Of a stretch of 64,000 nucleotides of DNA, positions 56,478 to 64,000 are shown in pieces. A program made the translations under genes and the position numbers. The notes under the pieces were generated by a model that searched no databases, was not told where the DNA came from, and saw nothing but the letters and a program-made list of their open reading frames with translations. Positions within the stretch are counted from its first letter, which is position 1, and every line of letters begins with the position of its first letter. The DNA comes from Vicinamibacterales bacterium (lineage in GTDB: Bacteria > Acidobacteriota > Vicinamibacteria > Vicinamibacterales > UBA8438), in NCBI GenBank assembly GCA_963662965.1, contig OY759970.1, forward strand, positions 3,904,524 through 3,968,523. Direction: 5' to 3'.

Positions 56478-58343
56478 CTACGCCGAGCAGCAGGGACAGG
56501 TCGGTCCGCCAGGCGTGTAGCTCGTCGTCGCGTTCCGGGGATTCTGCCTCCGGCGACTGGATGCCGACAGTCCAGCGGCCGTAGCGGCTGCCGTTGGCGA
56601 CGTTTCCGACGCCTCCGCCGAGCTCCCATCACGATGGTCGCGTCGGTTCGCGTCATCCCGTCGAGCGGCCTGCGCGTTCGATCCGCGATACCCGGTAAGA
56701 ATCTGATAGTGACGCTGCTCGATCTTGCCGTCGAGCCTGATGCTATTCGCCCCGTCGACGGCGTAGCGGCGGAACGGCTCGCCGTCGCACAGGATGAACA
56801 CCTCATCGGTGTTCGACAGGTTGGTGACGCGCCAGCTCGTGTCGAGACCGCGCCGGTCGGGTGCGGCGGCATACGTGCCGACATGGAGCGTGCCGCTGTC
56901 GACGTCGTTCCACGCCTGGTAGATGCCGAGCGCGGGGAAGTCGACCCCTTCGACCGTCGGCGCGTCATACTTGTCTAGGTGTGGTGCGTCGAACGCGCGG
57001 TACCAAGCGTCGCCGGTGCCGACCTCAGACACCATCATGCTCGCGCTTCGCTGACCGCGCGGATACGCCTCGTTCAGGCCGAACCACCAGCCGAATTTCT
57101 CGTTCTGCTCGCCGAAGAAGCGCGGGTCGTAATCGCGCTCTGCCGCGGCCTGCAGTCTAGCCACTGCCGTGTGGTCGCCGAGCTCGCGCGCCATGACGAG
57201 GCCGGTCGCCGAGGCCAGAATCTCGACACGGGGATCGTTCCAGCCGAGGGCGTTGGCCGCCGATTCGTACAGAAACGTCGCCAGCTCGCGGTCCTGCGGC
57301 AACAACAGGAACGCATTGCCGACGCCGGCTGCGGGACCGCCGTTCGCCTTGTGGTTCACGATCGGGTCGTAGTAGCTGGTGACGGTCTGCAGCTTCCCGT
57401 CGGTCCCGATCTCCATGAAGTTCTCGCGCGCGTATTCGAGCCACCCCTCGACCGGGCGGTGCGTGTGGCGGCCGTTGAGTCTGTCGTAGAAGTACATCCC
57501 GAGCCCGGCGGCGGCGTTGCACGGAAACCAGATCTTCGTGTTCTCGCATTGCGGCCCCTCGGGATGGTCGCGATACTGACGCTCGAGCAGCTCGGCGATC
57601 CGATGCTGGTCCCACTGGAAGACCTGGTCGCCGTAGCCGGTCACGTCGAACGACCGCTCGTACTTGTCGTCGCCCGAGATGTATTTGTAGATACCGAGGA
57701 CGAGATTGAACCATCCGCGGAAGAACAGATTGCCGTCCGAGCCGATCGGATCAGACGACAGACCCCACGGTTCGATCCCGTTCGCGGTCCACCCGATGCG
57801 GTTGTAGTTGCCGCGGAGCCGCTCTGGAATCCCGGCCATCACGCGGTCGGGATAGTTCGCGCGCCGCGGATCGTCGCCGATCTGCGTGAGCCAGTCGATG
57901 GCGCCCCAGTAGGTCGGATACCGGCTCGCCAGTCCGTCGGCGATCGCCGTGTACGCCTCCCGCCACGCCGGTGTCTGATCGGCCATCAGCAGCAGGGCGT
58001 ACGACGAATTGTGCAAGTCGAAGCGCCCGTAGCTGGTGACGACCGGATTCGAGTAGCGGTCCCACCACATGTGCGGCACGCCGTCGGCGTTCCAGTCGTC
58101 CGGGGTCGTCGCTTTTTCCCAGAGGAAGCGGAGCCAGCCGCGAGTGCGCCGGTTGAGCGTCGGATGGATTGACTGGGGGGTCTCGACCGGGAGCTCGGGA
58201 CTCTGAACCTGCCCCCCGGCTTCTCCCGCTTCCGCTCCGCCTATCAATGTTCCGGACGAGAAGGCGGCCGCCCCCGTCGCGCCGAACTGCTTCACGAAGG
58301 TGCGTCGAGAGTGTCCCTTGTCGCTCGCCATCGAATCCCCCAA
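56478..58343 (-). CDS. Tat-exported hypothetical protein (about 620 aa)
   Basis: It has the canonical twin-arginine signal SRRTFVKQFGATGAAAF and a Trp/Tyr-rich body (WWDRYSNPVV, YPTYWGAIDWLTQ). The last about 70 aa are a low-complexity Arg/Ser/Ala tail. I could not assign a family by eye. Confidence 0.65.
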   Translation of the reverse strand: MGDSMASDKGHSRRTFVKQFGATGAAAFSSGTLIGGAEAGEAGGQVQSPELPVETPQSIHPTLNRRTRGWLRFLWEKATTPDDWNADGVPHMWWDRYSNPVVTSYGRFDLHNSSYALLLMADQTPAWREAYTAIADGLASRYPTYWGAIDWLTQIGDDPRRANYPDRVMAGIPERLRGNYNRIGWTANGIEPWGLSSDPIGSDGNLFFRGWFNLVLGIYKYISGDDKYERSFDVTGYGDQVFQWDQHRIAELLERQYRDHPEGPQCENTKIWFPCNAAAGLGMYFYDRLNGRHTHRPVEGWLEYARENFMEIGTDGKLQTVTSYYDPIVNHKANGGPAAGVGNAFLLLPQDRELATFLYESAANALGWNDPRVEILASATGLVMARELGDHTAVARLQAAAERDYDPRFFGEQNEKFGWWFGLNEAYPRGQRSASMMVSEVGTGDAWYRAFDAPHLDKYDAPTVEGVDFPALGIYQAWNDVDSGTLHVGTYAAAPDRRGLDTSWRVTNLSNTDEVFILCDGEPFRRYAVDGANSIRLDGKIEQRHYQILTGYRGSNAQAARRDDANRRDHRDGSSAEASETSPTAAATAAGLSASSRRRQNPRNATTSYTPGGPTCPCCSA

Positions 58344-58438
58344 ACCTCCACGCCTCGCACTCTAGCGCGGATCGAGCGGGAGCGGTTAGGATGGTGCAGC
58401 GAGGCCTTGGATTTTCGCGCTTTGAAAGGGAGGTCCGT

Positions 58439-59434
58439 GTGACCGGTCGAATGAAAGTGGCGTCGGTGGTCGTGATGGCGGCGGTGCTTCTCGGCGGACC
58501 GGTGGCACAGGCGCAGGAGACGCCTCGCACGGCATGGGGCGATCCCGACCTGAATGGCGTCTGGGACTTCCGCACGTTGACGCCGTTCGAGCGGCCGGAA
58601 GAGCTGGCCGAGCAAGAGTTTTTCACCGAGGAAGAGGCGGCGACCTTCGAGGCGAACAAGCTCGCCGAGTTCGCGGTCCGCGATGACCAGGAGCCGGCCG
58701 ACATCGTCGGCAACTACAACCAGTTCTGGTTCGACCCGGGCGAGACCGTCAGCGCCACCAACCAGACGTCGATCGTGATCGATCCGCCGAATGGCCGCGT
58801 CCCGCGGCTAGCGGCCGTGGCGCAAGCGAAGGCCGACGCGCTGCTCGAGCATCGCCAGGGGATCAATCGCCACGTGCCGACCTACGGCGGCTTCGTCGAC
58901 GACCTCGGCGGTGGGATGTTCGCGGTCCGCTGCATCCTCGGGTTCAACTCCGGACCGCCGATGACCCCGGGCGGCTACAACCAGAACGTCCAGGTGTTTC
59001 AGACGCCCGACCATGTGGTGCTGTTGAACGAGATGGTCCATAGCTCGCGTGTGATTCCCATCGACGGTCGTGGGCATTTACCGGACGACGTTCGGCAGTG
59101 GATGGGCGATTCGCGCGGTCATTGGGAGGGCGACACGCTGGTGGTCGAGACGACCAATTTCCTCCGCGAGACGAGCTTCCGCGGTGGCGTCACGACGGCG
59201 GACCTCCGGCTCACCGAGCGCTTTACGCGGGTGTCCGACGGGACGCTGATGTATGACGTGACCGTCGAGGATCCGAGCGCGTGGGACCGTCCCTGGTCGT
59301 ATCGGATTCCGATGCAGAAGAACGCGATGCCGATCTTCGAGTACGCGTGTCACGAGGGGAACTACGGGTTGTTCAACATCCTCGCGGGGGCGCGTGAGAA
59401 AGAAGCGGTGATGGATGCGGCGGCCGGTCGGTAG
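58439..59434 (+). CDS. secreted 'YEYACHEGN' family protein (paralog 2)
   Basis: A GTG start lies 5 nt after GGGAGG (alternative ATG at 58451). Motifs are the signal peptide MKVASVVVMAAVLLGGPVAQA, PRTAWGDPDLNGVW, NYNQFW, PPNGRVP, WMGDSRGHWEGDTLVVETTNF and FEYACHEGNYGLFNILAGAR. Confidence 0.7.
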   Translation: MTGRMKVASVVVMAAVLLGGPVAQAQETPRTAWGDPDLNGVWDFRTLTPFERPEELAEQEFFTEEEAATFEANKLAEFAVRDDQEPADIVGNYNQFWFDPGETVSATNQTSIVIDPPNGRVPRLAAVAQAKADALLEHRQGINRHVPTYGGFVDDLGGGMFAVRCILGFNSGPPMTPGGYNQNVQVFQTPDHVVLLNEMVHSSRVIPIDGRGHLPDDVRQWMGDSRGHWEGDTLVVETTNFLRETSFRGGVTTADLRLTERFTRVSDGTLMYDVTVEDPSAWDRPWSYRIPMQKNAMPIFEYACHEGNYGLFNILAGAREKEAVMDAAAGR

Positions 59435-59465
59435 TGTGGCTGGGTCGATCTTGATGGCGGGCGTG

Positions 59466-60587
59466 ATGCGGAATCGCATGATCGCGGTCGTGTGTGCCTC
59501 ACTGTTGCTGGTCCCGGCGCTGTCGTCGGCGCAGGACGAGATTCCGCGCACGGCCAGCGGCCGACCGGACCTGTCCGGCACCTATGACACGGCCACGCTG
59601 ACACCGCTGCAGCGGCCCCAAGGATTCGGGGATCGCGGCACGCTAACCGAGGAAGAGGCGGCGCTGGTCCAGACCAACCCTGAAGAGCTCCGCCGGCTCT
59701 ACAGCATTGGGCCGAGCGGATCGGATGAGCGGCGCGCGGCTCGCGTCCAGGAGACAGGTCAGGCCGAGGAGACGGGCGTGGTGCCCCCGGCCGGCGGTGA
59801 TGGTTCGGGTGGCGCCGCCGGCAATGTCGGCGGCTACAACACCTTCTGGATTGATCGCGGTAGCGGCGTGTTCCAAATCGACGGTCAAGTACCGACGTCA
59901 ATCATCACCGACCCCGCCAACGGCCGTCGTCCGCCGATGACCGACGACGCCCGTGCCGCGGCGCGGCAGCGCGCGGCCTTCTTCCGTTCGAATACCGGCA
60001 CGGCGTGGTGGCTCGAAGACAATCTCAAAGCGCCCGGTCCATATGACCACCCTGAGATTCGTCCGCTCGCGGAGCGGTGTTTGCTCGGCTTCGGGTCGAC
60101 CGCCGGGCCGCCGATGTTGCCGGTCCTCTACAACAACCTGAAGAGAATCGTGCAGACGGACGACCACTTGATGATCTTGGTCGAGATGGTGCACGACGCG
60201 CGCATCGTACGGATGAACCAGGACCATGCGCCCGACGCGATTCGAAGCTGGCTCGGCGATTCGGTTGGTCACTGGGACGGCGACACGCTCGTCGTCGACA
60301 CCACCAACTTCAACGACTCGCCGGCGCTCGGCGGTGCGTCGCGGAACCTGCACGTCGTCGAGCACTTCACGCGAATCGGTCCCGAGGGGCTGCTCTACGA
60401 GTTCACGGTCGAGGATCCGACGATCTGGACCGAGCCGTGGAGCGGTGAATACGTCTGGCCGGCTACCGATACGCGCGTCTACGAGTACGCCTGTCACGAG
60501 GCGAACTACTCGTTCCGCGGCATTCTCGGCGGCGCCCGCATCTTGGAACAGGATGTACGGGAGGCAGCCGGGCGGCCGCGTAATTGA
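59466..60587 (+). CDS. secreted 'YEYACHEGN' family protein (paralog 3)
   Basis: The start was chosen at MRNRMIAVVCASLLLVPALSSAQ. Motifs are PRTASGRPDLSGTY, GYNTFW, PANGRRP, WLGDSVGHWDGDTLVVDTTNF and YEYACHEANYSFRGILGGAR. Confidence 0.7.
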   Translation: MRNRMIAVVCASLLLVPALSSAQDEIPRTASGRPDLSGTYDTATLTPLQRPQGFGDRGTLTEEEAALVQTNPEELRRLYSIGPSGSDERRAARVQETGQAEETGVVPPAGGDGSGGAAGNVGGYNTFWIDRGSGVFQIDGQVPTSIITDPANGRRPPMTDDARAAARQRAAFFRSNTGTAWWLEDNLKAPGPYDHPEIRPLAERCLLGFGSTAGPPMLPVLYNNLKRIVQTDDHLMILVEMVHDARIVRMNQDHAPDAIRSWLGDSVGHWDGDTLVVDTTNFNDSPALGGASRNLHVVEHFTRIGPEGLLYEFTVEDPTIWTEPWSGEYVWPATDTRVYEYACHEANYSFRGILGGARILEQDVREAAGRPRN

Positions 60588-60620
60588 GCCGCGCGACTAA
60601 TTCTCCCAGGAGGTTTCACC

Positions 60621-61973
60621 GTGCGTATTCGTATTGCGCCACTTCTGTGTTCGGCGGTTGTTCTCTCGACCGTCGCGGTGACGGCCGAAGACTGGGCACA
60701 GTGGCGCGGGCCCGACCGCCTCGCCATCTGGCACGAGGCCGGAATCGTCGGTGAGCTGCCCAACGAGCTGCTGGAGAAGTGGAGCACGACGATTCGCTCG
60801 GGATACTCCGGTCCTGCCGTAGCCGACGGCCGGATCTTCATCACTGATTGGTTCGAGGACCCGGAATCACGCACGCTCGACGGCACCGAGCGCGCTCTCG
60901 CGCTCGACGAAGAGACCGGCGAGATTCTCTGGACCCACGAGTGGCAAACGAGCTACCGGATGCTGTCGGTTAGCTACGCCGTCGGTCCGCGTGCGACACC
61001 GACCGTCGACGGCGACCGGGTTTATGTCGTGGGCGGAACCGGACGGTTGTTCTGCTTCAACGTCGAGACCGGCGACGTGCTCTGGGAGAAGGACTACGTC
61101 ACCGAGTACGACACGAGCGTGCCGGTTTGGGGGATCGTCAGCGGGCCGCTCATCGATGGCGACCGGCTGATCACGCTCGTCGGCGGCGAGCCCGATGCCG
61201 GTGTCGTCGCGTTCGACAAATACACTGGCGAGGAGATCTGGCGGGCGATCGAGGTCAGCTCCGAGATGGGCTACGCGCAGCCGGTCATCTACGAGGCTGG
61301 CGGCGTCCGGCAGCTGATCATCTGGCATCCGCTGGCGTTGGCGTCGCTCAACCCGGTGACGGGCGAGCAGTACTGGGAAGAGCGGTGGGACGTGTCAATG
61401 GGCGTCACGGTCGCGACCCCCGTGCGGAGTGGCGACTACCTTCTCGTCTCGCAGTTCTTCAATGGCTCGATGATGATGCGGCTCAACAGCGATCGTCCTG
61501 ACGCGACGATGCTCTGGAAAGGGCAGAGTCGGAGCGAGCTGCCTGGCGAGACCGACACCATCCACGCGATGGTGACGACGCCGCTCATCATCGGCGACTA
61601 CGTCTACGGGGTCGATAGCTACGGGGAGCTGCGCGGTCTCGACGCCGAGACGGGCGAGCGCATCTGGATGAGCCCGGAGATGACGGCGCAGGCGCGGTGG
61701 AGCACCGCGTTTCTCGTGCGCCACGGCGACCGGTACCTCGTCAACAACGACGAGGGATACCTCATCTCGGCCCAGTTCACGCCGTCCGGTTACGTCGAGC
61801 TGAGCCGCACACGCCTGATCGAGCCGACCGCCAGCTCCGGCACCCGTACCCCGCACGGCCGGATCGCCGAGCGGATCGTCAACTGGTCGCACCCGGCCTA
61901 CGCCAACGGACACATCGTGCACCGCAACGACGAGAAGATCATCCGCGCGTCTTTACGTGCCGTTGACTATTAG
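60621..61973 (+). CDS. PQQ-like beta-propeller repeat protein (paralog 2, intact)
   Basis: 450 aa with a GTG start after AGGAGG and a signal peptide. Motifs are AEDWAQWRGPDRLAIW, repeated DGDR(V/L)Y/I blades and the C-terminal HIVHRNDEKIIRASLRAVDY. Confidence 0.8.
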   Translation: MRIRIAPLLCSAVVLSTVAVTAEDWAQWRGPDRLAIWHEAGIVGELPNELLEKWSTTIRSGYSGPAVADGRIFITDWFEDPESRTLDGTERALALDEETGEILWTHEWQTSYRMLSVSYAVGPRATPTVDGDRVYVVGGTGRLFCFNVETGDVLWEKDYVTEYDTSVPVWGIVSGPLIDGDRLITLVGGEPDAGVVAFDKYTGEEIWRAIEVSSEMGYAQPVIYEAGGVRQLIIWHPLALASLNPVTGEQYWEERWDVSMGVTVATPVRSGDYLLVSQFFNGSMMMRLNSDRPDATMLWKGQSRSELPGETDTIHAMVTTPLIIGDYVYGVDSYGELRGLDAETGERIWMSPEMTAQARWSTAFLVRHGDRYLVNNDEGYLISAQFTPSGYVELSRTRLIEPTASSGTRTPHGRIAERIVNWSHPAYANGHIVHRNDEKIIRASLRAVDY

Positions 61974-62025
61974 ATCGCGCTTGAACGCGTAGCCGCGAGG
62001 TCACTCCGGCTGCAGCGATGCGCAC

Positions 62026-62520
62026 TCAGTGCACCCGAGACGTTTCCGCTGAAGTGTTGGGTGGCTGCTGCTCCTGTGTGCGTGGCTCCCAGAGCACGCT
62101 GATCGCCCAGTCTTCGTCCAGCCGTTCTCCATGCCATTGGGGCTGCGGTGGGACCGCGGGGAGCAGCCGGCCGTCCGGCCGGAAGAACCGCGCTTCCCCG
62201 TTCGTGTCGACTTGGAGGGTGAACCCCTTTTCGTGCACCGCCCGGTGGTGATGCCGGCAGAGGAGCACGAGGTTGTCGAGCCTCGTCGTCCCACCGTCGG
62301 CCCAATGGCGGACGTGATGAGCGTCGTAGTGGCGAGCTGCGCAGCCGGAGAACTGGCAGTGGTGGTCCCGCGCGGTGAGTGCCCGTCGGATTGCTGGAGA
62401 GATCGTCCGGGTCTTGCGTCCGACGTCGAGCACGCGGCCGTCTGGGGCGTGTCGCATGACCAGGGTCGATGCGTCGCACGCCATGCGTCGGGACGTTTCA
62501 GCTGAAACGTGCAGACCGTC
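62026..62520 (-). pseudogene. C-terminal fragment of a DUF222-type HNH endonuclease
   Basis: ISPAIRRALTARDHHCQFSGCAARHYDAHHVRHWADGGTTRLDNLVLLCRHHHRAVHEKGF is an HNH motif. The expected 250-300-aa N-terminal domain is absent. The apparent ORF N-terminus is encoded by the adjacent repeat copy. Confidence 0.8.
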
Positions 62521-62525
62521 TACTT

Positions 62526-62622
62526 CTAGACGGGGCTGACTGCCCCGAACCCCGTCGCGGTCACTCCGGGGCCCCATGCCCCGCTCCGTTCCCGCGGGGC
62601 GCGCCGTGCGCGCCCCCTGTCC
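62526..62622 (+). repeat. copy of the intergenic structured repeat
   Basis: CTAGACGGGGCTGACTGCCCCGAACCCCGTCGCGGTCACTCCGGGGCCCCATGCCCCGCTCCGTTCCCGCGGGGCGCGCCGTGCGCGCCCCCTGTCC. The right end is uncertain. A further 9-bp-stem hairpin CCTGTCCGA...TCGGACAGG follows at about 62616-62650. Confidence 0.75.
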
Positions 62623-62669
62623 GACGCGTGTCAGTGTTGCTCGGACAGGCTCCCAGCACTGACTGTCCG

Positions 62670-64000
62670 TCCGTGCTGTCGTGGCGGGTCGCTCCCTCTC
62701 GACTGCGGCAGGTGCTCAGGGCGTGTCTCCAGAAGGAACCGAAGGATCGAGTCCGAGACATTGGCGACGTTAGCGTGGCGATGAAGGGGACGTTCGAGAC
62801 TGTCGTCACCGCACCATCTGAACCGACCATCAGGCCTCGCCTTCACGTCTGGCAGCAACCGATCCCGGCTGTCGCCGCTGGCCTGACGTTGCTGGTCATC
62901 GGAGGGGTCGCGGTGTGGAGTCTGACCCTTCCCGCGCCACCCCGCGTGGCTCGCTTTCCGATTCCATTAGCCGCTGACCAGAACTTCAGCTTCACGGGCC
63001 GTCCCACGGTGGGGCGATCTCTCCCGACGGCTCTCACGTCGTTTACGTGGCGACGAGCAGCCTGTGGCTGCGCCCCGTCGATCTCAGTTGCCATCCAGGT
63101 GCCGGGTACCGAAGAGGAAGCGCGAGGGCCGTTCTTTTCGGCCGACGGGCAATCGATCGGGTTCTGGGCTGACGGACAGTTGAAGAAGGTCTCGGTGAGT
63201 GGGGGGGGCACCGGTGACTATCGCCGACGTGCCCACCTATGCCGGTGGGCCCAGTTGGGGTGCCGACGACATGATTCTCTCTGGCCAGCCAGACGGCATC
63301 TGGCAGGTGCCAGGCGCGAGCGGCACGCCGGAACTGCTGATTCCGGTCGAAGAGGGCGAAGTCATCCACCGGCCACAGATGCTGCCCGACGGCGAGTGGG
63401 TGCTGTTTACGGTGGCAGCGGCCTCGGTGTCCTGGGACGCGGCGCAGATTGTCGCCAAATACGTGACGACCGGCGAACGCACGGTGCTGATCGAGGGCGG
63501 CCGCGATGGGCGGTATGTCCGCACCGGCCATCGCGTCTACGTCTTGAACAACGTGCTGTACGCGGTGCCGTTCGATGTCGGCGGCCGCTAGGCCACCGGT
63601 GGGCCGGTCCCGCTCGTCGAAGGGGTGAGAACGGCCACCCGAGGGGCGGCCCAGTTCAGTGTGTTCGCCACCGGTTCGCTGGTCTATGTCCCCGGCTCGG
63701 CGGGAAGTGGCAACGTCTTCACGTTGACATGGGTGGGCCGCGACGGGAACGAAGAGAGTATCCCCGCCCCACCACGAGCGTATGGGCGTCCACGCGTGTC
63801 CCCGGATGGCAGTCGACATCAACGATGGGGACAATCGGGACATCTGGACCTGGGATCTGGCGCGGGAGACGCTGACACAGCTCACCTTCGATGAGGCGGA
63901 CGACAACTACGTGCTGTGGACGCCGGATAGCGCGCGGGTCGTGTTCGCCTCGACACGCGACGGCGGCGGGCTGTTCTGGAAAGCGGCCGAAGGCACGGGC
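62670..64000 (+). pseudogene. decayed C-terminal part of a Ser/Thr-kinase-associated TolB-like (PD40) beta-propeller protein
   Basis: It has only a kinase-tail-like segment (LRQVLRACLQKEPKDRVRDIGDV), then a TM helix, then propeller blades spread over three frames. Two compensating shifts lie near 63010-63090. One shift is in a G8 run (63201-63208). An in-frame TAG lies at 63589-63591 and another shift near 63810. The feature runs off the window end. Confidence 0.7.

Noticed and set aside
26474-61973. A recent segmental (DNA-level) duplication as the explanation for the two similar loci.
   Set aside because: Gene order, orientation and intervening genes differ between the loci. The paralogs are clearly diverged at the protein level, and I saw no long nucleotide identity. 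The duplication is therefore ancient, or the loci were assembled independently.
11529-63591. Recoding of TAG (pyrrolysine or another sense reassignment), because three in-frame TAGs fall inside conserved motifs.
   Set aside because: TAG is used as the ordinary terminator of clearly intact genes here (the polyprenyl synthase, ligA and the sigma-54 regulator). Each TAG-containing gene also carries frameshifts or deletions. In GC-rich codon usage, TAG is the stop most easily reached by single mutations (from GAG, CAG, TCG, TGG or TAC).

Overview
This is a high-GC chromosomal segment, about two-thirds G+C by eye (not computed), from a diderm bacterium (lpxD and an LPS heptosyltransferase are present). 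The protein families (DUF1592/DUF1552 pair, CarboxypepD_reg-like proteins, many exported c-type cytochromes) suggest an Acidobacteriota- or Gemmatimonadota-like organism; that placement is inference only.

The left part (1-16 kb) is housekeeping: metG-tatD, a polyprenyl synthase, ligA, a sigma-54 response regulator, RNase P RNA, lpxD and an LPS heptosyltransferase. The rest is dominated by exported or periplasmic redox and unknown-function proteins:
- a heme c / copper-monooxygenase-like fusion next to a cupredoxin;
- an octaheme cytochrome;
- DUF1592-DUF1552-ankyrin;
- a Gfo/GMC/VOC set;
- four uncharacterised secreted families that recur together in two separate neighbourhoods.

Three further observations stand out:
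1. A structured intergenic repeat of about 126 bp is present in at least 8 copies or fragments.
2. A 173-bp palindromic insert is flanked by 10-bp direct repeats.
3. Decayed genes are unusually dense: dppD/dppF-like, blaR1-like, a PQQ-propeller paralog, panE, IS110 and IS630 remnants, ybjQ, an HNH nuclease and a TolB-like kinase tail. They sit beside intact core genes.

I found no tRNA, rRNA or CRISPR array. All family calls come from motifs read by eye in the supplied ORF translations. No database search was run. Coordinates of non-coding elements may be off by 1-2 nt.
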